From the NCBI GenBank assembly GCA_040830765.1, contig JBFOMH010000021.1:32001-96000 (forward strand): a stretch of DNA of 64,000 nt. The letters are read 5' to 3'. Below are positions 51,210-60,989 of the stretch, one piece after another. The translations under genes were made by a program, and so were the position numbers. The notes under the pieces were generated by a model. It did not search any database. It was not told where the DNA came from and saw only the letters and a program-made list of their open reading frames with translations. Within the stretch, counting starts at the first letter, position 1. Every line of letters starts with the position of its first letter. This DNA is from Puniceicoccaceae bacterium. GTDB taxonomy: Bacteria > Verrucomicrobiota > Verrucomicrobiia > Opitutales > Oceanipulchritudinaceae.

Positions 51210-53960
51210 CTACCAATCCCTCCCCGACGTTTGCTCGCCAGCCTGTTTCTCCTGCGACAATTCCCCGGCGGGCAGGAACTGCTCGTTTTCACTGAGCGCG
51301 TTCAGCAGTTGACGGGCTTCCTCGCGGGTCATCTCAACCGGTTGGGCCGGCTGTTCTTCACTTTGTTGCTCTTCAGGCTGGGAAGGGCTTTCCTGTTCTC
51401 CCGGTTCTTCCTCCTCAGGCTGTTGCTCCTCATCCTGTTCGCCCTCGTCCGGCTGATCTTCCTGGTCCTGTTCCTCCTGGTCCTCTTGTTGCTCGTTCTG
51501 GTCCTGATCCTGTTGTTGATCCTGATTGTCCTGGTCCTGCTGATCCTGATCCTGGTCCTGGTCCTGGTTTTGGTCCTCGTTCTGCTGATCGTCCTGGTTG
51601 TCCGACTCGAAACGGGCAAAGAGGGTGTGTTCGGTTGACTGGACAGTCACGGTTGTCTGTGGACTTGACGGATCGGCCACTCCGGGACCTTCCCAGCCGA
51701 GGAAGGTATGGCCCTCCGCCGGGGTGGCACTGATTTCCACAGTTAAACCGACCGGGTGGTCGCCAGCTCCCTCGACGGTTCCGCCTTCTTCCGGATCCGG
51801 GACGATGACGAGGTTCCAGATACGGTTCATCTTGGCCGTGATGGCCTTATCACCCGTCATGGCGACGGTTGTCTGCTGGGCGGTGGCATCCTTGACACTG
51901 TCACCCAACCAGCCAACCCATTCAAAGCCATCCCGGGGTTCGGCCTGCACCGGGACAACGGAGAACTCTTCGAAAAAGCCGGACGGGCCGGCCTTGCCGC
52001 CAATAACGGGATCGACCTCGACGGTGAGCTTGAAGGCAGGCACGAAGGATGCCGTGACCGTCGTGTCCTCGGTCAGGGAGATTTCCTGTTCGGCCTGGGC
52101 GGGGTCCTGGAGTTCCAGTTCATCCGAGTCCCATTTGGAGAAGGCGAAATAGTCCTTTGCCTCAGCCTTGATGGTCACCGGTTCATCCTCCCGGTAGGTG
52201 CCCGAGGTACCGGCAGTGCCCATCGACTCATCCTCACTGAGGACAGTCAGCTTCCAGGTCTTGGCAAAAACCGCCGTGACCGTTGTATCCTGCTCCATGC
52301 GGACCATGGTTCTGGCACTGGAGGGTTCCTCGAGTCCCTCGCCCTGCCATTCGGAGAAGACCCATCCGTCGGCCGCCTTGGCCTCGACCTCCACCGGCAA
52401 CATATGAAATGAGGTACCGCCTTCCGTGACGCTACCGCCTTGCGGCGGTTCGGCCAGGGTTGTCAGGGTGTACGTATGGGCGGCAATGGTAGCCTGGATT
52501 TGCTCCAGATTCCGGCGGGAAGAGTCCCGTTCCTCGTCAAGGGCGAGAGCGTTTTCGAAATCCGTCTGGGCGGCCAGCCATTGTTCCTTGGTCACGGCCG
52601 GGTTTTCCTCCAGCAGGGAAAAGCCAAGGGCGACCCGGCTGTTGCCGGAATTGTGGAAGGCCTTTGCCTGCAAGCTGGTTTTCCCGGTGCGGATTGTCTT
52701 CTCGAAGCTGGCAATGGCTTGCTCGAAATTCCCCGCGCGGTAAGCGGAGACGCCAAGGTTGTAGGTCAGGCGCGGGTCTTCCGGGTCTTCGAGGGTGGCA
52801 TCGGTGTAGAGGGTGACGGACTCCTCGTAGCGACCATCCTTGTACGCCTTGGCAGCCTCCGTGGCCGGACTGGCGCAAACCGGCTGGGGCGTCGCCATGC
52901 CAAGAACGAGACCCATCGCCAGAAATAGGGCAATGTTGAAGGTTGAGCCGGCAGTCTGCCGCCGGCGGGTCGAAATTAGGCTTTCCAGAACCAACAGGAC
53001 CAGGGCCGGAACAAGAATCCACTGGAAGCGCTCGATAGGGATGCGCTGCAGGGATTCCTGCCGCTCCTCGGCGGGGAGTTGTGCCAGACTGAACTGGTAG
53101 ACCGTCTCGAGGCCGGTACCAGTCGGCCCCAGCGGGGCGTAGAGCCCGTTACTGACCTCGGCGATCCGCTTCAGCGTTCCTTCATCAAGGGAAGTCGAGA
53201 CGGGATTTCCACTGGCGTCGCGGAGAAACTCCACCTGGCCGTTGGGCCCGCGGATGGGAATCAGCTCGCTGCCCGTGGAGCCGACCCCGACGGTCAGGAT
53301 GCGGGTGCCTTTGGCGGTCGCCTCGCGGGCGCGGCTGATGCCACTGGCCTCAAGGTCCTCCCCGTCGGTTATGAGGATAAGGATGCGGTCGTTCTCTGTT
53401 TCCTCAAAATAGGCTTCCGCCTCATCGATGGCAGCGGCAATGTCGGTACCTCCCACCGGGATAGTCGTGGTGTCGACGGCGGCCAGCGTTTGCCGGAATG
53501 CCTGGTAGTCAAGAGTCAGGGGACATTGCAGAAAAGCGTTGCCGGCAAAGGCGATGAGCCCGACCCGGTCTCCCTGGACGGAATTGAGGAGGTCAAGGAT
53601 GGCCAGCTTGGAGCGCTCCAGCCGATTCGGGGAGATGTCCTCGGCCAGCATGCTGCGGGAGGTATCGAGGGCGATCATGATATCAATGCCCCGGGTTTCC
53701 GCCTTCTCCCAGTTGGCTCCCCATTGCGGACGGGCGAGACTGACGAATATCAAGAGGACAATGAAAAGAAGCACACCGTTCTTTATCCAGAGCCGCTGCC
53801 GTGAATGGGAACGGGTCAGCCGCTCAAGGAGCCCACCTTCGGCAAAGTCGTTCAGCCGCTGCCAGGCCCGCTTTTCCGTGAAGTAGAAAAAGCCACCAAG
53901 GAGAGCCACGACGAACAGTCCCCAGAGCAAGAATTCGGGTTTAGCAAACAACGGGTTCAT
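51210..53960 (-). CDS. BatB(VWA)-BatC(TPR) fusion with four inserted repeat domains
   Basis: VWA 'ALD.S.SM.AED..PNRL', 'TDGED'; TPR region; four ~70-aa repeats; Q/D/E-rich linker; C-terminal 'A..LL.A...DW'. Confidence 0.88.
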   Translation of the reverse strand: MNPLFAKPEFLLWGLFVVALLGGFFYFTEKRAWQRLNDFAEGGLLERLTRSHSRQRLWIKNGVLLFIVLLIFVSLARPQWGANWEKAETRGIDIMIALDTSRSMLAEDISPNRLERSKLAILDLLNSVQGDRVGLIAFAGNAFLQCPLTLDYQAFRQTLAAVDTTTIPVGGTDIAAAIDEAEAYFEETENDRILILITDGEDLEASGISRAREATAKGTRILTVGVGSTGSELIPIRGPNGQVEFLRDASGNPVSTSLDEGTLKRIAEVSNGLYAPLGPTGTGLETVYQFSLAQLPAEERQESLQRIPIERFQWILVPALVLLVLESLISTRRRQTAGSTFNIALFLAMGLVLGMATPQPVCASPATEAAKAYKDGRYEESVTLYTDATLEDPEDPRLTYNLGVSAYRAGNFEQAIASFEKTIRTGKTSLQAKAFHNSGNSRVALGFSLLEENPAVTKEQWLAAQTDFENALALDEERDSSRRNLEQIQATIAAHTYTLTTLAEPPQGGSVTEGGTSFHMLPVEVEAKAADGWVFSEWQGEGLEEPSSARTMVRMEQDTTVTAVFAKTWKLTVLSEDESMGTAGTSGTYREDEPVTIKAEAKDYFAFSKWDSDELELQDPAQAEQEISLTEDTTVTASFVPAFKLTVEVDPVIGGKAGPSGFFEEFSVVPVQAEPRDGFEWVGWLGDSVKDATAQQTTVAMTGDKAITAKMNRIWNLVIVPDPEEGGTVEGAGDHPVGLTVEISATPAEGHTFLGWEGPGVADPSSPQTTVTVQSTEHTLFARFESDNQDDQQNEDQNQDQDQDQDQQDQDNQDQQQDQDQNEQQEDQEEQDQEDQPDEGEQDEEQQPEEEEPGEQESPSQPEEQQSEEQPAQPVEMTREEARQLLNALSENEQFLPAGELSQEKQAGEQTSGRDW

Positions 53961-54988
53961 TACGGCAGTCGGCGATAAAGGGTTCGTTTCAGGACAATGT
54001 CCAAAGCGAGCAGCAGCAGGGCAATGGCGATGGGGATGGGGAAGGCCTCGGTGTAGAGGCGCCGGACCTGAATCTCGACATCGGTTTTTTCCATGAGGTC
54101 GATTTCTGCGTAAATTTCGCGGAGGCTCCTCTCATCTGTGGCGTGGAAGTAGCGTCCAGAGGTTGTCTGGGCAAGGGCCTCCAGGGTTTCCAGATCGATA
54201 TCTGAACGGGCGGATCGCAGGAAGATGCTGCCATCCCGGGCCCGGGCGGGTTGTCCGTTGTTATCGAAGCGCGCGGGGAAGGGGACCATGCCGTCCCGTC
54301 CAACGCCAATGGAGTAAATCTTAATATCATAGGCCTTGGCGGCCTCGGCGGCGGCCATGGGTTCCAGCTGGCCGCGATTGTTGGCCCCGTCCGTGACCAG
54401 GATGATGCTCTTGGACTTCGCCGGAATGTCCCGCAGGCGGTTGGTAGCCGCCCCGATGGCGCTGCCGATGGCTGTCCCGTCCTCGATCTGGCCGATGCGC
54501 ATCTCCTCCAGGCGGCGTAGCAGCCAGTCATGATTCAGGGTCAGCGGACTGACCAGGTAGGGCTCGGCGGCAAAGGCGATCAGCCCGATGCGGTCATGCT
54601 CGCGGGCCTCGATGAAGTCCTCCACGACAGAGCGGACGACCGTCAAGCGGTCCTGCCGGACCCCATTGACCTCAAAGTCATGGGCCCACATGGAGGTGGA
54701 AAGGTCCAGGGCGATGACCAAATCGACCCCGCTGCTTTGGGTGCTGCTGAGTTCCTCGCCGGTGCGGGGCCGGGCCAGGGCCAGGATCAGGAATGCCACC
54801 GCGAGCCATTGCAGGGCGGCGCGCCATTTCCCTGGCCGCTGACGAACAAATGCGGCGACCTGGGAAGCCAGTATTGTGGAGGGAAACCGGATGGAGGCGC
54901 TTTGACCCGCCCGCCCCTGGAGCCAGAGCAGAAAGGGGACAAGAAGCAGGAGCAGGAGCCACCACGGTTCGGCAAAATCGAATATCAT
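53960..54988 (-). CDS. BatA-like VWA domain protein
   Basis: 'LARP', 'LDLS.SM', 'DRIGLI.FA', 'PLT..H', 'GTAIG.A', 'TDG.NN.G'. Confidence 0.9.
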   Translation of the reverse strand: MIFDFAEPWWLLLLLLVPFLLWLQGRAGQSASIRFPSTILASQVAAFVRQRPGKWRAALQWLAVAFLILALARPRTGEELSSTQSSGVDLVIALDLSTSMWAHDFEVNGVRQDRLTVVRSVVEDFIEAREHDRIGLIAFAAEPYLVSPLTLNHDWLLRRLEEMRIGQIEDGTAIGSAIGAATNRLRDIPAKSKSIILVTDGANNRGQLEPMAAAEAAKAYDIKIYSIGVGRDGMVPFPARFDNNGQPARARDGSIFLRSARSDIDLETLEALAQTTSGRYFHATDERSLREIYAEIDLMEKTDVEIQVRRLYTEAFPIPIAIALLLLALDIVLKRTLYRRLP

Positions 54989-55524
54989 GCCGATGCTACC
55001 TCCCTTTCCGTTTCGGTGTCATTGGACAATGCGTTATCCGTTTCCCGGACCACAATCCCGGCAGTCTCAAGGAGCAACTCCCTTTGGGTTTCGGCAAGGA
55101 CCTGGCGGGCAAACTTGACGAGGTCACATTGATCGAGGAAGCGGGGCATCCTGGCCTGCAGGACATCCGGGAGTCCGCTGCGGGTATGCAATTCATGCAG
55201 GAATTCCTCGGAGGTCTGCTCCTTTGCCGGAATGCGCATGGCGGTTTCGAGGTAATCCCGGACAATGTCAGAAACTTCGACAATGAAGGGTTCGGCTTCC
55301 ATCCCTTCCGCTTCCGCTTGCAGTCGGTCGAGCCGTTCCATGGCAATTTCCAGGGGAGATTGCTGGTTCTCCAGAACCGTTCTGGAGCCCGGTTTGCGGT
55401 TCTTCAAGACCCTCCGCACCAAGGCGATGAGGAGGAACAGGGCGACCACAATCAGCGCCGCCAGCCCGAGCAGGGCCATCAAGCCTATCCTTACCGGTCC
55501 GTCTATGTCAGCAAAAGCCTCCAT
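54985..55524 (-). CDS. DUF4381-like membrane protein of the Bat operon
   Basis: Single TM; 'R.YLE......A.EQTS.EF', 'L..CDLVKFA'. Confidence 0.7.
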   Translation of the reverse strand: MEAFADIDGPVRIGLMALLGLAALIVVALFLLIALVRRVLKNRKPGSRTVLENQQSPLEIAMERLDRLQAEAEGMEAEPFIVEVSDIVRDYLETAMRIPAKEQTSEEFLHELHTRSGLPDVLQARMPRFLDQCDLVKFARQVLAETQRELLLETAGIVVRETDNALSNDTETEREVASA

Positions 55525-56456
55525 CAGCGTCGTCTCTCCCTTTGTTTAAAGAAAGCCCGCAATGCCGATATGTAGGGTTCCTGGGTGTGGACGCGAAAGT
55601 GGTCCACCCCGGACCGGATAAAGGTTTCCTTCATTCGCTGCAGTCGCTGTTGATTCTGGTGCTCATACATTCCCCGCAACTTCGGATCGGAGGTGTTGAC
55701 CTCCAGTTGCTGGCCGGTCTCGGCGTCCTCAAGAACGACCCAACCGACTTCCGGAAGGACGGATTCCCGGGGATCATGCAGGTCGACACAAATAAGGTCG
55801 TGCCGCTTTCCCGTTAGGGTGAGCATCTTTTGCAAATCTCCCTGTTTCTCCCGGGTGGAGGGTCGGAGCCAGGCCTGGCTTTCCTCGGTCAGGAAGTCGC
55901 TGACCAGGAAACAGACGGCCTTGCGCCGGATAAGGCGATTGAGGGTACGGAGGGCACTGTTGATATCCGTTCCGCGCCGCTTCGGTTCGTAGAAAAGGAT
56001 TTCCCGGATGACCCGGAGGACGTGGGAGCGCCCCTTCTTGGGCATGATGATAGTCTCGACCTCGTCGGAGAAAAGCAGGAGGCCGACCTTGTCGTTGTTC
56101 CGGGTGGCGCTGAATGCGAGGACGCTGGCCAGCTCGGCGGCGAGTTCCCTTTTTGTCTGGGCCACGCTGCCAAAATCCCCGGAAGCGGAAATGTCGACCA
56201 GTAGCATGATGGTCAGTTCGCGCTCCTCCTCATAGACCTTGATGAAGGGCCGGTCCATCTTGGCAGTGACGTTCCAGTCGATGGAGCGCACATCGTCGCC
56301 CGGCTGGTATTCGCGAACCTCGGCAAAGTCCATGCCCTGGCCCTTGAAGACACTGTGGTAGGCGCCGACGAGGGACTCGTCGACAAACTTCCGGCTCCGG
56401 ATTTCCACCTGCCGGACCTTGCGCAAAATTTCGCGTGTGCGTTCTGAAGGGGTCAT
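55524..56456 (-). CDS. DUF58 domain protein
   Basis: 'G.Y.S.FKG.G.DF.EVREYQPGDDVR.IDWNVTA', 'EERE'. Start at ATG 56456. Confidence 0.92.
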   Translation of the reverse strand: MTPSERTREILRKVRQVEIRSRKFVDESLVGAYHSVFKGQGMDFAEVREYQPGDDVRSIDWNVTAKMDRPFIKVYEEERELTIMLLVDISASGDFGSVAQTKRELAAELASVLAFSATRNNDKVGLLLFSDEVETIIMPKKGRSHVLRVIREILFYEPKRRGTDINSALRTLNRLIRRKAVCFLVSDFLTEESQAWLRPSTREKQGDLQKMLTLTGKRHDLICVDLHDPRESVLPEVGWVVLEDAETGQQLEVNTSDPKLRGMYEHQNQQRLQRMKETFIRSGVDHFRVHTQEPYISALRAFFKQRERRR

Positions 56457-56482
56457 GCCACGAAGGGATGGCCTGTTACTGA

Positions 56483-57481
56483 TCAGGGAACAGGAACGGT
56501 CTCGAGGATACGCTGGACAACCCGCTCGGTGCTCCACTCCTCAGCTTCCGCCTCGTAGGTGAGCATGATGCGGTGCCTCAGGATGTCCGGGGCAATGGAT
56601 TTGACATCCTGTGGGGTGACGTAGCCGCGCCCGTTGAGGAAGGCCCAGGCCTTGGCGGCGAGGGTTAGGAAGATGGTCGCCCGCGGGCTGCCGCCAAACT
56701 GAATCAGCGGCTTCAATTCCTCGAGGCCGTGGTTCTCCGGTTCGCGGCTGCAAAAGACCAGCTCAATGATGTAGTTGCTGATTTTCGGATCGAGGTAGAT
56801 TTCGTTGACGGTACTGCGGGCGGAGAGGATCTGCTCCGGAGTGACGACTGCTGAAGCGGTTGGCTTTTCTCCAGTTGTGGCCATGCTTTGGAGGATCTTC
56901 AACTCCTCCTCCTTCGAAGGATAACCAATCTGCAGCTTGAGCATGAAGCGGTCAACCTGGGCCTCCGGCAGCGGGTAGGTGCCTTCCTGGTCGATGGGAT
57001 TCTCAGTGGCCAGGACAAGGAACGGATGGGGCAGGTCAAAGGTGTGTTCACCAATGGTGACCTGCCGTTCCTGCATGGCCTCGAGGAGGGCGCTCTGCAC
57101 TTTCGCCGGGGCACGGTTGATCTCATCGGCAAGGACGATATTGGAGAACACCGGACCTTTCTTGGTAGAGAACTCCCCGGATTTGGGATTGTAGATGAGG
57201 GTACCGATGATGTCCGCGGGGAGGAGATCCGGGGTAAACTGGATCCGGGAAAACTCCGCGTGGATGGAGTCGGCCAAGGTTCGGACAGAGAGGGTCTTGG
57301 CCAGCCCCGGGACACCTTCCAGGAGTACGTGGCCGTTGGCCAACAGGCCAACAAGCAAACGGTCGATGAGATACTGCTGACCAATGATGACCTTGCCGAT
57401 TTCGTCTCGCAAGGTGCTTATCCAATCCGCCTGCTGGCGGACCTTCTCGTTAATCGCTTCAAGATTAAATGATTCTGACAT
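56483..57481 (-). CDS. moxR: MoxR-family AAA+ ATPase
   Basis: 'HVLLEGVPGLAKT', 'RIQFTPDLLP.D', 'DEINRAPAKVQSALLEAM', 'EGTYPLPEAQ.DRF'. Confidence 0.96.
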   Translation of the reverse strand: MSESFNLEAINEKVRQQADWISTLRDEIGKVIIGQQYLIDRLLVGLLANGHVLLEGVPGLAKTLSVRTLADSIHAEFSRIQFTPDLLPADIIGTLIYNPKSGEFSTKKGPVFSNIVLADEINRAPAKVQSALLEAMQERQVTIGEHTFDLPHPFLVLATENPIDQEGTYPLPEAQVDRFMLKLQIGYPSKEEELKILQSMATTGEKPTASAVVTPEQILSARSTVNEIYLDPKISNYIIELVFCSREPENHGLEELKPLIQFGGSPRATIFLTLAAKAWAFLNGRGYVTPQDVKSIAPDILRHRIMLTYEAEAEEWSTERVVQRILETVPVP

Positions 57482-57646
57482 AAGATTATCGGGTTATGGG
57501 CACATAAATCTGACCCTTCCAATCGCAAAAGATTCAATAATTGACCGTGGACGGTCGATTCATCAAGCCTCAAGGCGTAATTCCTGCCCCAGCCGGTTCA
57601 TTTTTGGGTTGCTGCTATAGTCAACTGCAGAAGACTGAGCCTCCTT

Positions 57647-59812
57647 ATGGTTTCCCTCCGGCATCGAGGTATTTTCTTCAGGTTGCTGTGGCACATCGGA
57701 CATAGCCCATTGCGGCTGTTCGAGGTCCTTCAATTTACGCTGCTGGCTTGGATTCTCGTCCAGACGCTCGTCGGCTTCGGAGGATTCCTTGCTTTTGGCC
57801 GGAACATGATGGGAGTTTCCAAGGCCCTAATCTTCCTGGCAGCCGTCCATGCCCTGATCATATGTTTCCGGGATAAGCGTCCAGGGATCGACTGGGAACT
57901 GCTCGTTCCTCTACCATTCGTTGTCTACGCATGGTTCCACTTCCAGTTTGTCAGTCCTTACGGGATGGAGTCCGGCAGCCTTCTGGCAGCGTTGGTGCAG
58001 GCCTATGCCCTCTATTTCATCACCGTCAACAGCATCCATGGCAACCGAACTGGCAAATGGTTTGTGGCCATTGTCCAGATTGTCACAGCGGTTGCCCTCA
58101 CAGGGGCGATCCTGCAGTTTTATTTGTTTCCGGAATGGATTGTTGATCCGGAACGGTCGCGGAATCCGGCTTATGCATTCGGGGCGGGCGGTTTCCTGCA
58201 GGACCCGCGCAATCTCGGGGCAATCCTTGTCGCCATGCTGCCGCTAAGTTTTTTCCTGGCGATCAAGTACTACCGGGCGGGTCCTTCCTGGCTCTGGCAA
58301 TGTGCCATGGCAACCGCCCTGTTTGTCGGATTCTGGATAAGCGCTGATCGTGCGGGATGGCTGGCGATGGGAGTCGTTGTCCTGGCACTTCCCTTAATGG
58401 CCAGTGGCGAGTGGCGGGCCCGGTTGAAAATGTGGCGTAATTTTGCCGTTGGCTTGGGTATTGCCGGCCTCTTCGCCTGGTTTGCCACACAGGCCTTGCA
58501 TGACCGAATGTCCTACTATGCCGGCGATTCCGCGGATGAGCTCGGGAACCTCAGCCGTGAGGTTGCCTGGTCACAGTTTGCGGAAAGCCCCCTGCTGGGG
58601 AATGGATTGGGTTCCTTTGTTCACCATTGGGAGGCGCATGTGTCGAAATACAGCGAATCGGTGTCCACCTACACGGTTTCGATTTATGCGGATTTGCTGG
58701 CGGAGACGGGAATGTTGGGATTGGTCCTTGCCCTCGGTCCCTTCCTGCTCCTTCTCGCATCCGGTTACAGGGCCTGGCAGCGGACACCGCATAGGAAGAT
58801 CAACAAGGAAGTGCTCGGTCGCATCAGCAACCTGCCCGACGGGCATCCGTTGAAAAAGCGACTCCTGAAAGAAAAGGGCCGTATTCCTTCACAGAAATCA
58901 ATCCTCGGTGGACTTCTCCTCGGTCTGGTCGGTCTGATGATATACGTTGGTTGGGATACGGCCATGCGGCTGCCATTTGTCCTTTTTTTCACAGCTGTCA
59001 TGGTGGGGATGCTGGTCGGGCAAGTCCGGCAGCACGCGTTTCCTCACCAGCGGGGCAAACTTTGGATCCTGGTGGCCATCGTGCCGCTGGCGCTGGCTGT
59101 CTGGGCGGCTTCCTTCGGAAATCGCCATTATTATGCCAGTTACCTTGCCTATACGGCCGGGGAGGAGTTGAACGAGCTGCATGGCGATCCCGACCAGATT
59201 TTCCAGGATCCGGGAGCGGTTCACTACATTGCCAGTCAATTCAAGCTGTCCCTTGATCTCGTCCCCTCGAATCCGACCGCCTTGGTGGGCCTCGGCAACA
59301 GCCACCTGGCCTATCTGGAGGCACGACTGGAGCCCAGTGAAGCCGTTGCGCAGAGGGCTGCTGATCCACTCTCGAAGGCCCAGTCCATGGCCCCGGATTC
59401 CTGGTTGGCGAGTTTCAGCCTTGGCCGGACAATGGCAATCCTCGGAGCTCCGGAAGCGGAGGTAATCGTCCTTCTTCGCCGCTCCATCGAGTTGGCCCCG
59501 AACCGGCCGGAGCCGGCTGCTCTGCTGGGGAGCCTCCTCTTGCTGGAGGATCCGGGTTCGGTTGAAGGATTGGAATTCCTGGAACACGCCCTCTCCCTCA
59601 AGCCGGACTACCTGCCGGCAGTGAATTCCCTGCGCCGGAACCGTACCCGTTCCGGTAGTTCGCAACAAACCGCGGATGCGCCGTTGAGGTTGACGATCAC
59701 ACCGGCTATCCTGGCAGAGCAATTCAAACTTGTTCCCCGGGGCCCCGATCGGGTGCTGGGGGCCGGCCTGCCGCGTCCGGATGTTCAACCGGACCCGCTT
59801 GGCGAATCCTGA
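57647..59812 (+). CDS. O-antigen ligase (Wzy_C)-family membrane protein with C-terminal TPR-like region
   Basis: Polytopic; 'G...D...LG', 'S..RAGW', 'P..G.G.G.F', 'L.ETG..G'; helical C-terminus. Confidence 0.75.
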   Translation: MVSLRHRGIFFRLLWHIGHSPLRLFEVLQFTLLAWILVQTLVGFGGFLAFGRNMMGVSKALIFLAAVHALIICFRDKRPGIDWELLVPLPFVVYAWFHFQFVSPYGMESGSLLAALVQAYALYFITVNSIHGNRTGKWFVAIVQIVTAVALTGAILQFYLFPEWIVDPERSRNPAYAFGAGGFLQDPRNLGAILVAMLPLSFFLAIKYYRAGPSWLWQCAMATALFVGFWISADRAGWLAMGVVVLALPLMASGEWRARLKMWRNFAVGLGIAGLFAWFATQALHDRMSYYAGDSADELGNLSREVAWSQFAESPLLGNGLGSFVHHWEAHVSKYSESVSTYTVSIYADLLAETGMLGLVLALGPFLLLLASGYRAWQRTPHRKINKEVLGRISNLPDGHPLKKRLLKEKGRIPSQKSILGGLLLGLVGLMIYVGWDTAMRLPFVLFFTAVMVGMLVGQVRQHAFPHQRGKLWILVAIVPLALAVWAASFGNRHYYASYLAYTAGEELNELHGDPDQIFQDPGAVHYIASQFKLSLDLVPSNPTALVGLGNSHLAYLEARLEPSEAVAQRAADPLSKAQSMAPDSWLASFSLGRTMAILGAPEAEVIVLLRRSIELAPNRPEPAALLGSLLLLEDPGSVEGLEFLEHALSLKPDYLPAVNSLRRNRTRSGSSQQTADAPLRLTITPAILAEQFKLVPRGPDRVLGAGLPRPDVQPDPLGES

Positions 59813-59817
59813 TGAAC

Positions 59818-59846
59818 AAAAAAAGCCCCGACATACGCCGGGGCTT
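59818..59846 (-). terminator. mdh terminator (possibly bidirectional)
   Basis: AAAAAAA-GCCCCG-acatacgc-CGGGGC-TT between convergent genes. Confidence 0.8.
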
Positions 59847-59869
59847 GGAGAATTGGGGCTAGTAAATCC

Positions 59870-60859
59870 TTAAATGATGCCCAGCTCGCTGACGGTTGCG
59901 TGCTCGCCTTTCAGTTCATCAACACTCGCCTGGACCTTGCCCTGGCTGTATTCGTTGAGTTCAAGGCCGGAGACGATTTCCCAGGATCCGTCCGCCTTGG
60001 TGCGGATGGGGAAACTTGTCAGCAGGCCGGCTTCGGTCCCGTATTCGCCGTTGCTGCAGACAGCGACGCTGAACCAGTCGCCTTCCGGTGTCGGGTTGCT
60101 CAGCGAGACTACCGTATCGACGACAGCATTGGCCGCGCTGGCGGCTGAAGAGGCGCCACGGGCCTGGATGATGGCCGCGCCCCGCTTGCCCACTGTCGGG
60201 ACAAAAGTCTCCTTCAGCCAGGCTTCATCAGCAATGACTTCGTCAGCGGCCTTGCCACCGATACGGGCATTGTAGAAATCGGGGAACATGGTGGGGGAGT
60301 GGTTGCCCCAGATGGCCAGATTGGAAACCTCGGTGACATCGACACCGGCTTTTTGGGCCAGCTGCGTCTTGGCGCGGTTTTCGTCCAGCCGGGTCATGGC
60401 AAACCAACGGTCGGCCGGGACTTCCGGTGCGCTCTTCATGGCAATCATGCAGTTGGTGTTGCAGGGATTGCCGACAACGAGGACGCGGACATCCTTGGCG
60501 GCGCTGCGGGCAATGGCCTGGCCTTGCCCGGTGAAGATCTTGCCGTTGATACCGAGAAGGTCGGAGCGTTCCATGCCCGCCTTGCGGGGCACCGAGCCAA
60601 TCAGGAGAGCCCAGTTGACATCCTTGAAGCCTTCGTCGAGGTCAGAGGTGGCAACAATGTCCTTCAGGAGGGGAAACGCACAGTCGTCGAGTTCCATGCA
60701 GACGCCCTTGAGGGCATTCATGGCCGGCTGAATTTCAATCAGGTTGAGGGCGACCGGTTGATCCGGACCAAACATAGCCCCTGATGCAATGCGAAAGAGC
60801 AGACTGTAGCCTATGTGGCCAGCGGCTCCGGTTACGGCGATGCGAATTGGTTCTTTCAT
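59870..60859 (-). CDS. mdh: Malate dehydrogenase
   Basis: 'VTGAAG.IGY', '[11 protein letters not shown]', 'PRK.GMER.DLL', 'VVGNP.NTN', 'WGNHS'. Confidence 0.97.
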   Translation of the reverse strand: MKEPIRIAVTGAAGHIGYSLLFRIASGAMFGPDQPVALNLIEIQPAMNALKGVCMELDDCAFPLLKDIVATSDLDEGFKDVNWALLIGSVPRKAGMERSDLLGINGKIFTGQGQAIARSAAKDVRVLVVGNPCNTNCMIAMKSAPEVPADRWFAMTRLDENRAKTQLAQKAGVDVTEVSNLAIWGNHSPTMFPDFYNARIGGKAADEVIADEAWLKETFVPTVGKRGAAIIQARGASSAASAANAVVDTVVSLSNPTPEGDWFSVAVCSNGEYGTEAGLLTSFPIRTKADGSWEIVSGLELNEYSQGKVQASVDELKGEHATVSELGII

Positions 60860-60989
60860 ATTAATTTATCTTATTTGGGTTTAAATATAATAAAACTTTA
60901 GCTAATAGTAATCCGATCGATGGCAAGCCCATTCGACCAGCAATTTGCATTATGCCGCAGTCTAATTCCCGGAGCGGGAAAAGGCACGC

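Noticed and set aside
51340..51605. TCCTGG/TCCTGA tandem hexamers
   Set aside because: In-frame coding of the Q/D/E-rich linker typical of BatC-like proteins.
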